Assembly: GCF_016903815.1 (NCBI RefSeq) | Contig: NZ_CP069973.1 | Source: Escherichia coli | Lineage (GTDB): Bacteria > Pseudomonadota > Gammaproteobacteria > Enterobacterales > Enterobacteriaceae | DNA: 64,000 nt | Direction: 5' to 3' (one strand) | In this document: positions 38,643-53,800 of the stretch, piece after piece | Layout of the letters: every line of letters begins with the position of its first letter | How positions within the stretch are numbered: the stretch's first letter is position 1 | Notes under the pieces: generated by a model | Told to the model about the DNA's origin: nothing | Databases searched by the model: none | Seen by the model: only the letters and a program-made list of their open reading frames with translations | Translations under genes and position numbers: made by a program

Positions 38643-41600
38643 ATGATTTCTGGCGCACCATCTCAGGATTCGCTGTTACCGGACAACCGCCACGCGGCTG
38701 ATTACCAACAATTACGCGAGCGGCTCATACAGGAACTGAATTTAACGCCGCAGCAGTTACATGAAGAGAGCAACCTGATCCAGGCCGGTCTGGATTCCAT
38801 AAGATTGATGAGATGGTTACACTGGTTTCGTAAAAATGGCTACCGCCTTACCCTTCGCGAGCTGTATGCCGCCCCCACGCTGGCGGCATGGAACCAGTTA
38901 ATGCTCAGCCGGTCGCCGGAGAACGCGGAAGAAGAAACGCCGCCCGACGAATCATCCTGGCCGAACATGACCGAAAGTACCCCCTTCCCATTGACGCCAG
39001 TACAGCACGCCTACCTGACGGGCCGCATGCCGGGGCAGACGCTTGGCGGCGTGGGTTGCCACCTGTATCAGGAGTTTGAAGGCCATTGTCTGACGGCGTC
39101 GCAGCTGGAGCAGGCCATCACGACCTTGCTGCAACGCCACCCAATGCTGCATATCGCCTTTCGCCCCGACGGGCAGCAGGTCTGGCTACCGCAACCTTAC
39201 TGGAACGGCGTCACCGTTCATGATTTACGCCATAACGACGCTGAAAGCCGCCAGGCCTATCTGGACGCACTGCGCCAGCGCCTGAGCCACCGTCTTTTAC
39301 GCGTGGAAATCGGCGAAACGTTTGATTTTCAGCTGACGCTCTTGCCGGACAATCGCCACCGCCTCCATGTCAATATTGACCTGCTGATTATGGATGCCTC
39401 CAGCTTTACGCTTTTCTTCGATGAGCTTAACGCCCTGCTGGCCGGAGAATCGCTGCCGGCTATCGACACCCGCTATGATTTCCGCTCGTATTTGCTGCAC
39501 CAGCAGAAGATCAATCAACCACTGAGAGACGTCGCGCGCGCTTACTGGCTGGCGAAAGCATCGACGCTTCCCCCCGCGCCCGTCTTGCCGCTGGCCTGCG
39601 AACCCGCCACGCTACGTGAAGTCCGTAATACCCGACGCCGCATGATTGTCCCGGCAACACGCTGGCACGCCTTTAGCAACCGGGCCGGCGAGTATGGCGT
39701 GACGCCGACAATGGCACTGGCGACCTGTTTTTCTGCCGTGCTGGCTCGCTGGGGCGGCCTGACGCGTCTGCTGCTTAACATCACCTTATTCGACCGCCAG
39801 CCGCTGCAACCGGCGGTTGGCGCGATGCTTGCCGACTTCACCAATATTCTTCTGCTGGATACCGCCTGCGATGGCGATACCGTCAGCAACCTGGCGCGTA
39901 AAAACCAGCTCACGTTTACGGAGGACTGGGAGCATCGCCACTGGTCCGGCGTCGAATTACTCCGTGAACTCAAACGCCAGCAGCGCTACCCCCACGGCGC
40001 CCCGGTGGTATTTACCAGCAATCTGGGGCGTTCCCTCTACAGCAGCCGCGCAGAATCGCCGTTGGGCGAGCCGGAATGGGGCATCTCGCAAACGCCGCAG
40101 GTCTGGATAGATCATCTGGCGTTCGAGCATCACGGCGAGGTCTGGCTACAATGGGACAGCAACGACGCGCTGTTCCCTCCGGCGTTAGTCGAAACATTGT
40201 TCGACGCCTACTGCCAGTTGATTAACCAACTCTGCGATGACGAAAGCGCCTGGCAAAAGCCGTTCGCAGATATGATGCCCGCCAGCCAGCGCGCGATACG
40301 CGAACGGGTCAACGCCACCGGCGCCCCCATTCCCGAAGGCTTGCTGCATGAAGGCATTTTCCGTATCGCTCTGCAACAGCCGCAGGCGCTGGCGGTAACG
40401 GACATGCGTTATCAGTGGAATTATCATGAGCTGACAGACTATGCCCGCCGTTGCGCGGGCAGGTTAATCGAGTGCGGGGTTCAGCCCGGCGATAATGTGG
40501 CTATCACGATGTCGAAAGGCGCAGGACAACTTGTTGCGGTTCTGGCCGTCCTGCTGGCCGGGGCGGTTTACGTTCCGGTTTCGCTGGATCAGCCTGCCGC
40601 ACGGCGCGAGAAAATCTACGCTGACGCCAGCGTCCGGCTGGTGCTCATTTGTCAGCACGACGCCAGCGCCGGGTCAGACGATATTCCCGCCCTTGCCTGG
40701 CAGCAGGCCATTGAGGCGGAGCCGATCGCCAACCCGGTAGTACGCGCCCCCACGCAACCGGCCTACATTATCTACACCTCCGGCTCTACCGGTACGCCGA
40801 AAGGGGTAGTCATTTCTCACCGGGGAGCGCTTAACACCTGTTGCGATATCAATACCCGCTATCAGGTTGGCCCGCATGACAGGGTGCTGGCCCTCTCCGC
40901 CCTACATTTTGATTTATCGGTTTACGACATTTTTGGCGTACTGCGCGCGGGCGGCGCGCTGGTGATGGTGATGGAAAATCAACGGCGCGATCCTCACGCA
41001 TGGTGTGAGCTGATCCAGCGCCATCAGGTCACGCTCTGGAACAGCGTCCCGGCGCTGTTCGATATGCTGCTGACCTGGTGTGAAGGTTTCGCCGACGCCA
41101 CGCCGGAAAACCTGCGCGCAGTGATGCTTTCCGGCGACTGGATCGGGCTTGACCTCCCCGCCCGTTATCGGGCCTTCCGGCCACAAGGACAATTTATCGC
41201 GATGGGCGGCGCCACCGAGGCGTCTATCTGGTCTAACGCCTGCGAAATTCACGACGTCCCCGCCCACTGGCGCTCCATCCCTTACGGTTTTCCGCTAACC
41301 AACCAACGCTACCGGGTGGTGGATGAACAGGGCCGGGACTGCCCTGACTGGGTGCCGGGTGAATTATGGATTGGCGGCATTGGGGTCGCGGAAGGCTATT
41401 TCAACGATCCCCTGCGTAGCGAGCAGCAATTTTTGACGCTCCCGGACGAGCGCTGGTATCGCACCGGCGATCTCGGCTGCTACTGGCCAGATGGCACAAT
41501 CGAGTTCCTCGGTCGTCGCGACAAGCAGGTCAAAGTCGGAGGATATCGCATCGAGCTGGGCGAAATCGAAAGCGCGCTCAGCCAGCTGGTGGGGGTGAAA

Positions 41601-44600
41601 CAAGCAACCGTTCTGGCGATCGGCGAAAAAGAAAAAACGCTGGCGGCATACGTTGTTCCTCAGGGCGAGGCTTTTTGCGTTACCGATCATCGGAACCCGG
41701 TACTGCCGCAGGCGTGGCACACGCTTGCGGGAACGTTGCCCTGTTGCGCCATCTCGCCAGAGATCTCCGCAGAACAGGTAGCCGATTTCCTTCAGCATCG
41801 CCTGCTAAAACTGAAGCCGGGTCACACCGCTGGCGCCGATCCTCTCCCCCTGATGAACTCACTCGCTATCCAGCCGCGCTGGCAGGCCGTGGTGGAACGC
41901 TGGTTAGCATTTCTGGTGACACAACGGCGACTGAAGCCCGCTGCTGAAGGTTATCAGGTCTGCGCTGGTGAAGAACGCGAGGATGAGCACCCGCACTTCA
42001 GCGGACATGATTTAACGTTATCGCAAATTCTTCGCGGTGCCCGTAACGAACTGTCGTTACTGAACGACGCGCAGTGGTCGCCGGAAAGCCTGGCCTTTAA
42101 CCATCCGGCCAGCGCCCCGTATATTCAGGAACTGGCGACAATTTGCCAACAGCTTGCACAGCGCTTACAGCGCCCGGTACGCCTGCTTGAGGTGGGAACC
42201 CGCACTGGCCGCGCCGCAGAATCGCTGTTAGCACAGCTCAACGCCGGACAGATTGAGTATGTCGGGCTTGAGCAGAGCCAGGAGATGCTGCTGAGCGCCC
42301 GGCAGAGGCTCGCCCCCTGGCCTGGCGCCCGTCTGTCCCTCTGGAATGCAGACACGCTGGCGGCGCACGCTCACTCGGCGGACATTATCTGGCTTAATAA
42401 CGCCCTGCATCGTCTGCTGCCGGAAGATCCCGGGCTCCTTGCGACATTACAACAGCTTGCCGTTCCCGGCGCGCTGCTCTACGTGATGGAGTTTCGCCAG
42501 TTAACGCCGTCCGCCCTACTCAGCACGCTCCTGTTAACCAATGGGCAGCCGGAGGCCTTGCTGCATAACAGCGCCGACTGGGCGGCATTATTTAGCGCGG
42601 CCGGCTTCAACTGTCAGCATGGCGATGAGGTCGCGGGGTTACAACGCTTCCTCGTACAATGTCCTGACAGGCAGGTGCGCCGCGATCCCCGTCAACTTCA
42701 GGCCGCCCTCGCCGGGCGTCTGCCGGGGTGGATGGTGCCGCAACGGATCGTCTTCCTCGACGCCTTACCGCTGACAGCTAACGGGAAAATTGACTACCAG
42801 GCGCTGAAGCGTCGTCATACCCCTGAAGCGGAAAACCCGGCCGAAGCGGATTTACCCCAGGGCGACATTGAAAAACAGGTTGCCGCCCTCTGGCAGCAAC
42901 TCTTATCAACTGACAATGTCACCAGAGAAACCGACTTCTTCCAGCAAGGCGGCGATAGCCTGCTGGCGACCCGTCTGACCGGGCAACTTCATCAGGCAGG
43001 TTATGAAGCGCAATTAAGCGACCTGTTTAATCATCCCCGGCTGGCGGATTTTGCCGCCACGCTGCGGAAAACCGACGTCCCGGTCGAACAACCATTCGTC
43101 CACTCCCTTGAAGATCGCTACCAGCCCTTTGCGCTTACCGACGTGCAGCAGGCTTACCTGGTGGGGCGTCAGCCGGGCTTTGCCCTGGGCGGCGTCGGCT
43201 CACATTTATTTGTTGAATTTGAAATTGCCGATCTGGACCTCACCCGGCTGGAGACGGTCTGGAACCGATTAATCGCCCGCCACGATATGCTGCGCGCCAT
43301 CGTGCGTGATGGACAGCAACAGGTGCTCGAACAGACGCCCCCCTGGGTGATACCCGCACACACCCTCCATACGCCTGAAGAGGCGTTGCGGGTGCGCGAA
43401 AAACTGGCGCATCAGGTACTCAACCCCGAAGTGTGGCCGGTATTCGATCTCCAGGTCGGATACGTGGACGGGATGCCTGCCCGCCTGTGGCTGTGTCTGG
43501 ATAACCTGTTGCTTGACGGTCTGAGCATGCAGATCCTGCTGGCGGAGCTGGAGCACGGCTACCGCTACCCGCAACAGCTGCTTCCGCCGCTGCCCGTCAC
43601 CTTCAGGGATTATCTGCAACAACCCTCGCTACAGTCGCCCAATCCAGATTCTCTGGCATGGTGGCAGGCGCAGCTTGATGATATTCCTCCGGCGCCTGCG
43701 TTGCCGCTGCGCTGCTTGCCTCAGGAGGTTGAAACACCGCGCTTCGCCCGCCTGAACGGCGCACTGGACAGCACGCGCTGGCATCGGCTGAAAAAACGGG
43801 CGGCTGACGCCCATCTCACCCCGTCGGCCGTACTGTTGTCGGTGTGGTCAACGGTTCTCTCTGCATGGAGTGCACAGCCTGACTTCACGCTTAACCTTAC
43901 GCTTTTCGACAGGCGACCGCTGCACCCGCAAATCAACCAGATTCTGGGCGATTTCACCTCGCTGATGCTGCTGAGCTGGCATCCCGGCGAAAGCTGGCTG
44001 CACAGCGCGCAGTCACTACAGCAGCGGCTGAGCCAGAACCTCAACCACCGCGATGTGTCAGCCATCCGCGTGATGCGTCAACTGGCGCAACGGCAAAACG
44101 TGCCAGCCGTTCCGATGCCCGTCGTCTTTACCAGCGCGCTGGGCTTTGAGCAGGATAACTTCCTCGCCCGGCGTAATCTGCTCAAACCGGTCTGGGGCAT
44201 CTCCCAGACGCCGCAGGTCTGGCTCGATCACCAGATTTATGAATCCGAAGGCGAACTGCGCTTTAACTGGGATTTTGTCGCCGCGCTGTTTCCTGCCGGG
44301 CAGGTGGAGCGCCAGTTTGAACAGTATTGCGCATTGCTAAACCGAATGGCCGAGGATGAAAGCGGCTGGCAACTGCCGCTCGCCGCGCTGGTGCCTCCCG
44401 TTAAACACGCAGGGCAATGCGCAGAGCGCTCACCGCGCGTATGCCCTGAGCACTCTCAGCCACACATTGCGGCGGACGAGAGCACCGTCAGCCTGATTTG
44501 CGACGCCTTCCGCGAGGTGGTTGGCGAGTCTGTCACGCCCGCAGAAAACTTCTTTGAGGCGGGCGCAACGTCGCTGAATCTGGTGCAACTGCACGTTTTG

Positions 44601-44750
44601 TTACAACGTCACGAATTTTCCACCCTGACGTTGCTTGACCTCTTCACCCACCCTTCTCCTGCTGCCCTGGCCGATTATCTGGCCGGCGTCGCCACGGTGG
44701 AGAAAACACAACGACCTCGCCCTGTTCGCCGTCGTCAGCGGCGGATATAG
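38643..44750 (+). CDS. irp2: yersiniabactin NRPS HMWP2 (about 2035 aa)
   Basis: Domain motifs in order: ArCP (GLDSIRL), Cy ([23 protein letters not shown]), A ([12 protein letters not shown]), PCP (GGDSLLATR), second Cy ([23 protein letters not shown]), PCP. AGGAGG RBS precedes ATG 38643. Confidence 0.93.
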   Translation: MISGAPSQDSLLPDNRHAADYQQLRERLIQELNLTPQQLHEESNLIQAGLDSIRLMRWLHWFRKNGYRLTLRELYAAPTLAAWNQLMLSRSPENAEEETPPDESSWPNMTESTPFPLTPVQHAYLTGRMPGQTLGGVGCHLYQEFEGHCLTASQLEQAITTLLQRHPMLHIAFRPDGQQVWLPQPYWNGVTVHDLRHNDAESRQAYLDALRQRLSHRLLRVEIGETFDFQLTLLPDNRHRLHVNIDLLIMDASSFTLFFDELNALLAGESLPAIDTRYDFRSYLLHQQKINQPLRDVARAYWLAKASTLPPAPVLPLACEPATLREVRNTRRRMIVPATRWHAFSNRAGEYGVTPTMALATCFSAVLARWGGLTRLLLNITLFDRQPLQPAVGAMLADFTNILLLDTACDGDTVSNLARKNQLTFTEDWEHRHWSGVELLRELKRQQRYPHGAPVVFTSNLGRSLYSSRAESPLGEPEWGISQTPQVWIDHLAFEHHGEVWLQWDSNDALFPPALVETLFDAYCQLINQLCDDESAWQKPFADMMPASQRAIRERVNATGAPIPEGLLHEGIFRIALQQPQALAVTDMRYQWNYHELTDYARRCAGRLIECGVQPGDNVAITMSKGAGQLVAVLAVLLAGAVYVPVSLDQPAARREKIYADASVRLVLICQHDASAGSDDIPALAWQQAIEAEPIANPVVRAPTQPAYIIYTSGSTGTPKGVVISHRGALNTCCDINTRYQVGPHDRVLALSALHFDLSVYDIFGVLRAGGALVMVMENQRRDPHAWCELIQRHQVTLWNSVPALFDMLLTWCEGFADATPENLRAVMLSGDWIGLDLPARYRAFRPQGQFIAMGGATEASIWSNACEIHDVPAHWRSIPYGFPLTNQRYRVVDEQGRDCPDWVPGELWIGGIGVAEGYFNDPLRSEQQFLTLPDERWYRTGDLGCYWPDGTIEFLGRRDKQVKVGGYRIELGEIESALSQLVGVKQATVLAIGEKEKTLAAYVVPQGEAFCVTDHRNPVLPQAWHTLAGTLPCCAISPEISAEQVADFLQHRLLKLKPGHTAGADPLPLMNSLAIQPRWQAVVERWLAFLVTQRRLKPAAEGYQVCAGEEREDEHPHFSGHDLTLSQILRGARNELSLLNDAQWSPESLAFNHPASAPYIQELATICQQLAQRLQRPVRLLEVGTRTGRAAESLLAQLNAGQIEYVGLEQSQEMLLSARQRLAPWPGARLSLWNADTLAAHAHSADIIWLNNALHRLLPEDPGLLATLQQLAVPGALLYVMEFRQLTPSALLSTLLLTNGQPEALLHNSADWAALFSAAGFNCQHGDEVAGLQRFLVQCPDRQVRRDPRQLQAALAGRLPGWMVPQRIVFLDALPLTANGKIDYQALKRRHTPEAENPAEADLPQGDIEKQVAALWQQLLSTDNVTRETDFFQQGGDSLLATRLTGQLHQAGYEAQLSDLFNHPRLADFAATLRKTDVPVEQPFVHSLEDRYQPFALTDVQQAYLVGRQPGFALGGVGSHLFVEFEIADLDLTRLETVWNRLIARHDMLRAIVRDGQQQVLEQTPPWVIPAHTLHTPEEALRVREKLAHQVLNPEVWPVFDLQVGYVDGMPARLWLCLDNLLLDGLSMQILLAELEHGYRYPQQLLPPLPVTFRDYLQQPSLQSPNPDSLAWWQAQLDDIPPAPALPLRCLPQEVETPRFARLNGALDSTRWHRLKKRAADAHLTPSAVLLSVWSTVLSAWSAQPDFTLNLTLFDRRPLHPQINQILGDFTSLMLLSWHPGESWLHSAQSLQQRLSQNLNHRDVSAIRVMRQLAQRQNVPAVPMPVVFTSALGFEQDNFLARRNLLKPVWGISQTPQVWLDHQIYESEGELRFNWDFVAALFPAGQVERQFEQYCALLNRMAEDESGWQLPLAALVPPVKHAGQCAERSPRVCPEHSQPHIAADESTVSLICDAFREVVGESVTPAENFFEAGATSLNLVQLHVLLQRHEFSTLTLLDLFTHPSPAALADYLAGVATVEKTQRPRPVRRRQRRI

Positions 44751-44837
44751 CGCGAAGCAAACTGATTTTCCCCGGAACGCCATCGCGAACGCATGGCGTT
44801 CCATTGACTTTGTGAATCTTAGGAAACGGGACCGATT

Positions 44838-47800
44838 ATGGATAACTTGCGCTTCTCTTCTGCGCCGACAGCAGATTCCATTGATGCATCGATCGCTCAA
44901 CACTACCCGGACTGCGAACCTGTCGCGGTTATCGGCTACGCCTGCCATTTTCCTGAATCGCCGGATGGCGAAACGTTCTGGCAAAATCTGCTGGAAGGTC
45001 GTGAATGCAGCCGACGCTTTACGCGCGAAGAGCTTCTGGCCGTCGGTCTGGATGCCGCCATCATTGACGATCCTCATTATGTCAATATCGGTACGGTGTT
45101 AGACAACGCCGACTGCTTCGACGCCACCCTGTTTGGCTATTCGCGACAGGAAGCGGAGTCGATGGACCCGCAGCAGCGCCTGTTTTTGCAGGCGGTCTGG
45201 CATGCGCTGGAACATGCCGGTTATGCCCCCGGCGCCGTCCCCCATAAGACCGGCGTTTTCGCCTCTTCCCGGATGAGTACCTACCCCGGTCGCGAAGCAT
45301 TGAACGTGACAGAAGTCGCGCAGGTAAAAGGTCTGCAATCTCTGATGGGCAATGATAAAGACTATATTGCCACCCGCGCCGCGTACAAACTCAACCTGCA
45401 CGGCCCGGCGTTATCGGTACAGACCGCCTGCTCCAGCTCGCTGGTTGCCGTGCATCTGGCCTGTGAAAGCCTGCGCGCTGGCGAATCCGATATGGCGGTT
45501 GCCGGCGGCGTGGCGCTCTCTTTCCCCCAGCAGGCAGGCTACCGCTACCAGCCCGGAATGATTTTCTCTCCTGATGGTCACTGTCGTCCCTTTGACGCCT
45601 CGGCTGAGGGCACCTGGGCCGGTAACGGTCTCGGCTGCGTGGTGCTGCGTCGCCTGAGAGACGCGCTGCTGTCAGGCGATCCGATTATCTCGGTGATCCT
45701 CTCCAGCGCGGTCAACAACGACGGCAACAGAAAGGTCGGCTATACCGCCCCTTCCGTCGCAGGGCAACAGGCAGTCATCGAAGAGGCGTTAATGCTGGCG
45801 GCCATCGACGACAGGCAGGTAGGTTACATTGAAACCCACGGCACCGGCACACCGCTGGGCGACGCGATTGAAATTGAAGCGTTACGCAACGTCTATGCGC
45901 CTCGCCCGCAGGATCAGCGCTGTGCGCTCGGTTCCGTGAAAAGTAACATGGGCCATCTGGATACCGCGGCGGGCATTGCCGGACTGCTGAAAACCGTTCT
46001 GGCAGTCAGTCGCGGGCAAATTCCTCCCTTACTGAATTTTCACACCCCCAACCCGGCGCTGAAACTTGAAGAGAGCCCCTTTACCATACCGGTGTCGGCA
46101 CAGGCATGGCAGGACGAAATGCGCTATGCGGGCGTCTCCTCCTTTGGTATTGGCGGCACCAACTGCCATATGATCGTCGCCTCGCTGCCCGACGCGCTCA
46201 ACGCGCGCCTCCCCAATACGGATAGCGGCAGAAAAAGTACCGCGCTGCTGCTCAGCGCCGCCAGCGACAGCGCGTTGCGGCGGCTGGCGACGGATTATGC
46301 CGGGGCGCTGAGAGAGAATGCGGATGCCAGCTCTCTGGCCTTCACAGCCCTGCACGCGCGCCGTCTCGATCTCCCCTTCCGCCTGGCGGCGCCATTAAAC
46401 CGTGAAACCGCCGAGGCGCTCAGCGCCTGGGCTAGTGAGAAATCGGGGGCGCTGGTTTACAGCGGCCACGGCGCCAGCGGCAAGCAGGTGTGGCTGTTTA
46501 CCGGCCAGGGCTCGCACTGGCGCACTATGGGTCAAACGATGTACCAGCACTCAACGGCGTTTGCCGACACGCTGGATCGCTGTTTTTCCGCCTGTAGCGA
46601 AATGCTCACGCCGTCACTGCGCGAAGCGATGTTTAACCCCGATTCGGCGCAGCTGGACAATATGGCCTGGGCGCAGCCGGCGATTGTCGCGTTTGAAATC
46701 GCGATGGCGGCGCACTGGCGTGCTGAAGGACTGAAGCCAGACTTCGCCATTGGGCATTCCGTCGGTGAATTTGCCGCTGCCGTTGTCTGCGGACACTATA
46801 CGATTGAACAGGTCATGCCACTGGTTTGTCGGCGCGGCGCGCTAATGCAGCAGTGCGCAAGCGGCGCGATGGTGGCGGTATTTGCAGACGAAGACACGCT
46901 GATGCCGCTGGCTCGCCAGTTTGAGCTGGATCTCGCCGCCAACAACGGTACGCAACATACGGTATTTTCCGGGCCGGAAGCCCGTCTCGCGGTATTTTGC
47001 GCCACGCTCTCGCAGCATGACATTAACTATCGTCGCCTGAGCGTAACCGGTGCGGCGCACTCCGCTTTACTGGAGCCGATACTCGATCGGTTCCAGGACG
47101 CCTGCGCGGGACTGCACGCGGAGCCGGGGCAAATACCGATTATTTCCACGCTCACCGCCAACGTCATTGATGAGTCAACGCTCAACCAGGCGGATTACTG
47201 GCGCCGACACATGCGCCAGCCGGTGCGTTTTATCCAGAGTATTCAGGTGGCGCATCAGCTCGGCACCCGCGTTTTTCTGGAGATGGGGCCCGATGCCCAG
47301 TTGGTTGCTTGCGGGCAGCGCGAATACCGCGATAACGCATACTGGATAGCCAGCGCCCGGCGTAACAAAGAGGCGAGCGATGTCCTCAATCAGGCCCTGC
47401 TCCAGCTTTACGCTGCCGGCGTCGCCCTACCGTGGGCCGACCTGCTGGCGGGCGATGGACAACGTATCGCTGCGCCATGTTATCCGTTTGATACTGAACG
47501 TTACTGGAAAGAGCGCGTCTCCCCGGCCTGCGAGCCTGCCGACGCAGCGCTGTCTGCCGGGCTGGAGGTGGCGAGTCGCGCCGCGACAGCGCTCGATCTC
47601 CCTCGCCTGGAAGCGCTTAAACAGTGCGCCACGCGACTGCACGCCATCTACGTCGATCAACTGGTACAACGCTGTACCGGCGATGCCATAGAGAACGGCG
47701 TGGACGCCATGACCATCATGCGCCGTGGACGTCTGCTGCCCCGCTACCAGCAGCTACTCCAGCGCCTGCTGAATAACTGCGTGGTCGACGGCGATTACCG

Positions 47801-50800
47801 CTGCACCGACGGGCGATACGTCCGCGCCCGCCCCATTGAACATCAACAGCGGGAATCACTGCTGACGGAACTTGCCGGTTATTGTGAAGGTTTTCAGGCT
47901 ATTCCCGACACCATCGCCCGTGCCGGCGATCGGTTATATGAAATGATGAGCGGCGCGGAAGAACCGGTGGCGATTATCTTCCCGCAAAGCGCCTCCGACG
48001 GCGTGGAAGTGCTGTATCAGGAATTCAGCTTTGGCCGCTATTTCAACCAAATCGCCGCCGGGGTATTACGCGGCATTGTCCAGACGCGTCAGCCCCGCCA
48101 GCCGTTGCGTATTCTTGAAGTTGGCGGCGGAACCGGCGGCACCACCGCGTGGCTGCTGCCGGAACTCAACGGCGTTCCGGCACTGGAGTACCATTTCACC
48201 GATATCTCGGCGCTGTTCACCCGTCGCGCCCAGCAGAAATTCGCCGACTATGATTTTGTGAAGTATAGCGAGCTGGATCTCGAAAAAGAGGCGCAGTCTC
48301 AGGGTTTCCAGGCACAGTCTTACGATCTTATCGTGGCAGCGAACGTGATTCACGCCACCCGCCATATTGGCCGCACGCTCGATAATCTGCGCCCCCTGCT
48401 CAAGCCGGGCGGGCGCCTGCTGATGCGCGAAATCACCCAGCCAATGCGTCTGTTTGACTTCGTTTTCGGCCCGCTGGTTCTTCCGCTACAGGATCTCGAC
48501 GCCCGCGAAGGTGAGTTATTCCTCACCACCGCTCAGTGGCAACAACAGTGCCGCCACGCCGGATTCAGCAAAGTGGCGTGGCTACCGCAGGATGGCAGCC
48601 CGACCGCCGGGATGAGCGAACATATCATTCTCGCCACGCTGCCCGGTCAGGCGGTTAGCGCCGTAACATTCACCGCGCCATCAGAACCCGTGTTGGGGCA
48701 GGCGCTGACGGATAACGGTGATTATCTCGCCGACTGGTCTGATTGCGCAGGTCAGCCCGAACAGTTTAACGCCCGCTGGCAGGAGGCCTGGCGTCTGCTT
48801 TCACAGCGTCATGGCGACGCTCTGCCTGTGGAACCGCCCCCCGTCGCCGCCCCGGAGTGGCTGGGGAAGGTTCGCTTAAGCTGGCAAAACAAAGCCTTTT
48901 CCCGCGGTCAGATGCGCGTTGAAGCCCGTCATCCTGCTGGCGAGTGGCTGCCGCTATCGCCCGCCGCGCCTCTTCCTGCGCCGCAAACGCATTATCAATG
49001 GCGCTGGACGCCCCTCAACGTCGCCAGCATTGACCATCCGCTTACCTTTAGCTTCAGCGCCGGTACGCTTGCGCGCAGCGACGAGCTGGCGCAATACGGC
49101 ATCATTCACGATCCGCACGCCTCTTCACGACTGATGATTGTTGAGGAGAGCGAGGATACGCTGGCCTTAGCGGAGAAAGTGATAGCAGCGCTCACCGCCA
49201 GCGCAGCCGGATTGATTGTGGTTACTCGCCGCGCGTGGCGAGTCGAGGAAAATGAAGCACTCTCTGCATCCCATCACGCGCTATGGGCCTTGCTTCGCGT
49301 CGCGGCCAACGAACAGCCGGAACGGTTGCTTGCCGCCATCGATCTCGCCGAAAACACCCCGTGGGAAACGCTGCATCAAGGGTTGAGCGCAGTCTCACTA
49401 TCACAGCGCTGGCTCGCCGCACGGGGTGACACCCTTTGGCTCCCTTCACTGTCGCCCAATACGGGATGCGCCGCTGAATTACCGGCAAACGTGTTTACCG
49501 GCGATAGCCGCTGGCATCTGGTGACCGGAGCGTTTGGCGGATTAGGCCGCCTTGCCGTGAACTGGCTCAGAGAAAAAGGGGCGCGACGCATCGCCCTGCT
49601 GGCGCCGCGCGTGGATGAGTCATGGCTACGCGACGTGGAGGGCGGGCAGACGCGCGTCTGCCGTTGTGATGTGGGCGATGCCGGGCAACTGGCCACGGTT
49701 CTTGACGATCTGGCGGCCAACGGCGGCATTGCCGGAGCGATTCATGCCGCTGGCGTATTGGCTGACGCGCCCTTGCAGGAGCTTGATGACCACCAGCTGG
49801 CTGCCGTTTTCGCGGTAAAAGCGCAGGCGGCAAGCCAGCTGTTGCAAACCCTGCGCAACCACGACGGACGCTATCTTATTCTCTACTCTTCCGCTGCCGC
49901 CACCCTCGGCGCGCCGGGTCAGAGCGCCCATGCGCTGGCCTGCGGCTACCTGGACGGGCTGGCCCAGCAGTTTTCCACCCTTGATGCGCCGAAAACGCTC
50001 TCTGTCGCCTGGGGCGCATGGGGAGAAAGCGGTCGGGCGGCCACGCCGGAAATGCTGGCGACGCTCGCCAGCCGAGGTATGGGCGCGTTAAGCGATGCCG
50101 AAGGCTGCTGGCACCTGGAACAGGCGGTGATGCGCGGCGCCCCGTGGCGACTGGCGATGCGCGTTTTTACCGACAAAATGCCCCCGTTACAACAGGCTCT
50201 GTTTAACATCAGCGCCACAGAAAAAGCCGCAACGCCGGTCATTCCTCCTGCTGATGACAACGCCTTTAACGGCAGCCTGAGCGATGAAACAGCGGTGATG
50301 GCATGGCTGAAAAAGCGGATTGCGGTTCAGCTAAGGCTGAGCGATCCGGCGTCACTGCATCCAAACCAGGATCTGTTGCAACTCGGCATGGACTCGCTGC
50401 TCTTCCTTGAACTCAGTAGCGATATTCAGCACTACCTGGGCGTACGCATCAATGCGGAACGGGCGTGGCAGGATCTGTCTCCTCATGGACTCACGCAGCT
50501 TATCTGTTCTAAGCCAGAGGCGACGCCTGCCGCTTCGCAGCCGGAAGTGTTGCGGCACGACGCCGACGAGCGTTATGCGCCCTTCCCTTTGACGCCCATT
50601 CAGCACGCCTACTGGCTGGGGCGAACCCACCTCATTGGCTATGGCGGCGTCGCCTGTCACGTCCTGTTTGAGTGGGATAAACGCCACGATGAGTTCGATC
50701 TCGCCATACTGGAGAAAGCATGGAACCAGCTCATCGCACGCCACGATATGTTGCGTATGGTGGTTGATGCCGACGGGCAGCAGCGAATCCTGGCGACAAC

Positions 50801-53800
50801 GCCGGAGTATCACATCCCGCGTGACGATCTGCGCGCGCTTTCCCCGGAAGAACAGCGCATCGCGCTGGAAAAACGGCGGCATGAACTGAGCTATCGCGTT
50901 TTGCCTGCCGACCAGTGGCCTCTTTTTGAGCTGGTGGTCAGCGAAATCGACGATTGCCATTACCGTCTGCATATGAACCTCGACCTTTTGCAGTTTGATG
51001 TGCAGAGTTTTAAAGTCATGATGGACGACCTGGCGCAGGTCTGGCGCGGTGAAACGCTGGCGCCGCTCGCTATTACCTTCCGTGATTATGTGATGGCTGA
51101 ACAGGCGCGCCTACAGACATCGGCATGGCACGATGCCTGGGATTACTGGCAGGAAAAACTGCCGCAACTGCCCTTAGCGCCAGAGCTGCCGGTGGTTGAG
51201 ACGCCCCCGGAAACGCCACACTTCACCACCTTCAAATCGACGTTCGGCAAGACAGAATGGCAGGCCGTGAAACAGCGCTGGCAGCAGCAAGGCGTCACAC
51301 CGTCTGCCGCGCTGCTCACGCTGTTTGCCGCTACCCTTGAGCGCTGGAGCCGTACCACAACATTTACGCTGAACCTGACGTTCTTCAATCGCCAGCCGAT
51401 CCATCCGCAAATCAACCAGTTGATTGGTGATTTTACCTCCGTCATGCTGGTTGATTTTAACTTCTCAGCGCCGGTGACGTTGCAAGAGCAGATGCAACAG
51501 ACCCAACAGCGCCTCTGGCAAAACATGGCGCACAGTGAAATGAACGGTGTTGAGGTGATCCGTGAGCTGGGCCGCCTGCGCGGATCACAACGTCAACCGC
51601 TGATGCCGGTAGTGTTTACCAGTATGCTGGGGATGACGCTGGAAGGCATGACTATCGATCAGGCGATGAGCCATCTGTTCGGCGAACCCTGCTATGTATT
51701 CACGCAAACGCCGCAGGTCTGGCTGGATCATCAGGTCATGGAGAGCAACGGCGAGTTGATGTTTAGCTGGTACTGCATGGACAACGTGCTGGAACCCGGC
51801 GCTGCCGAGGCGATGTTTAATGACTATTGCGCCATCCTGCAAGCCGTCATCGCCGCCCCTGAAAGCCTGAAGACTCTCGCCAGCGGCATCGCCAGGCACA
51901 TTCCCCGCCGACGCTGGCCGCTGAACGCGCAGGCGGACTACGACCTGCGGGATATTGAGCAGGCGACGCTCGAATACCCCGGCATCCGGCAGGCCAGAGC
52001 GGAAATAACCGAACAGGGCGCGTTGACGCTGGATATCGTGATGGCCGACGATCCTTCGCCATCAGCGGCGATGCCTGATGAGCACGAACTTACCCAACTG
52101 GCGCTGCCGTTGCCTGAGCAGGCGCAGCTTGATGAGCTGGAGGCGACCTGGCGCTGGCTGGAGGCGCGTGCGCTACAGGGGATCGCGGCTACGCTAAATC
52201 GTCACGGCCTGTTTACCACGCCGGAGATCGCCCATCGCTTTAGCGCAATAGTACAGGCGCTGTCCGCGCAAGCGTCTCACCAGCGTCTGCTGCGCCAGTG
52301 GCTACAGTGTCTGACGGAAAGAGAGTGGTTAATCCGCGAAGGTGAAAGCTGGCGCTGCCGCATTCCGCTCAGCGAGATTCCTGAGCCTCAGGAAGCGTGC
52401 CCGCAAAGCCAATGGAGCCAGGCGCTGGCGCAGTATCTGGAAACCTGCATCGCCCGGCACGACGCCCTCTTCTCCGGGCAGTGTTCTCCGCTGGAATTGC
52501 TGTTCAACGAGCAGCATCGCGTTACCGACGCGCTGTATCGCGACAACCCCGCCAGCGCCTGTCTGAATCGCTATACCGCGCAGATTGCCGCCTTGTGCAG
52601 CGCAGAACGGATTCTGGAGGTTGGCGCCGGAACCGCAGCCACTACCGCGCCGGTGCTGAAGGCCACGCGGAACACGCGACAGTCGTACCACTTCACGGAC
52701 GTCTCCGCGCAGTTCCTCAATGACGCCAGAGCCCGTTTCCATGATGAATCGCAGGTGTCTTATGCCTTGTTCGACATCAACCAGCCGCTGGATTTCACCG
52801 CCCACCCGGAGGCGGGTTACGACCTGATCGTTGCCGTCAATGTGCTCCACGACGCCAGCCATGTCGTCCAGACGTTGCGCAGATTAAAACTGTTGCTGAA
52901 AGCCGGCGGACGTTTGCTGATCGTTGAAGCGACGGAGCGAAACAGCGTATTCCAGCTGGCGAGCGTGGGCTTTATTGAGGGATTAAGCGGATACCGCGAT
53001 TTCCGCCGCCGGGATGAGAAACCGATGCTCACCCGCTCCGCATGGCAGGAGGTTCTCGTTCAGGCCGGGTTTGCAAACGAGCTGGCGTGGCCCGCGCAGG
53101 AATCGTCGCCGCTGCGCCAGCATCTGCTGGTAGCGCGTTCGCCTGGCGTAAATCGCCCGGATAAAAAAGCCGTGAGCCGCTATTTACAGCAGCGCTTTGG
53201 CACCGGTCTGCCCATTTTACAGATCCGGCAAAGAGAAGCGTTATTTACGCCGCTGCATGCCCCGTCTGATGCGCCGACTGAGCCAGCCAAACCCACGCCA
53301 GTTGCCGGGGGGAATCCGGCGCTGGAAAAACAGGTGGCTGAACTCTGGCAATCGCTGCTGTCTCGCCCCGTGGCAAGGCATCACGACTTTTTCGAACTGG
53401 GCGGCGACAGCCTGATGGCGACAAGGATGGTCGCGCAGCTAAACCGGAGAGGGATTGCCAGGGCTAACCTTCAGGATCTGTTCAGCCATTCGACGCTGAG
53501 CGACTTCTGCGCCCATCTACAGGCGGCTACGTCAGGAGAGGACAACCCGATACCCCTTTGCCAGGGCGACGGTGAGGAAACCCTGTTTGTCTTCCACGCT
53601 TCAGACGGCGATATCAGCGCCTGGCTGCCGCTCGCTAGCGCGTTGAACAGGCGCGTTTTCGGCCTGCAAGCAAAATCGCCGCAGCGCTTTGCCACGCTCG
53701 ACCAGATGATCGATGAGTATGTCGGGTGCATCCGTCGTCAGCAGCCTCACGGCCCTTATGTGCTGGCGGGTTGGTCGTATGGCGCGTTTCTTGCGGCGGG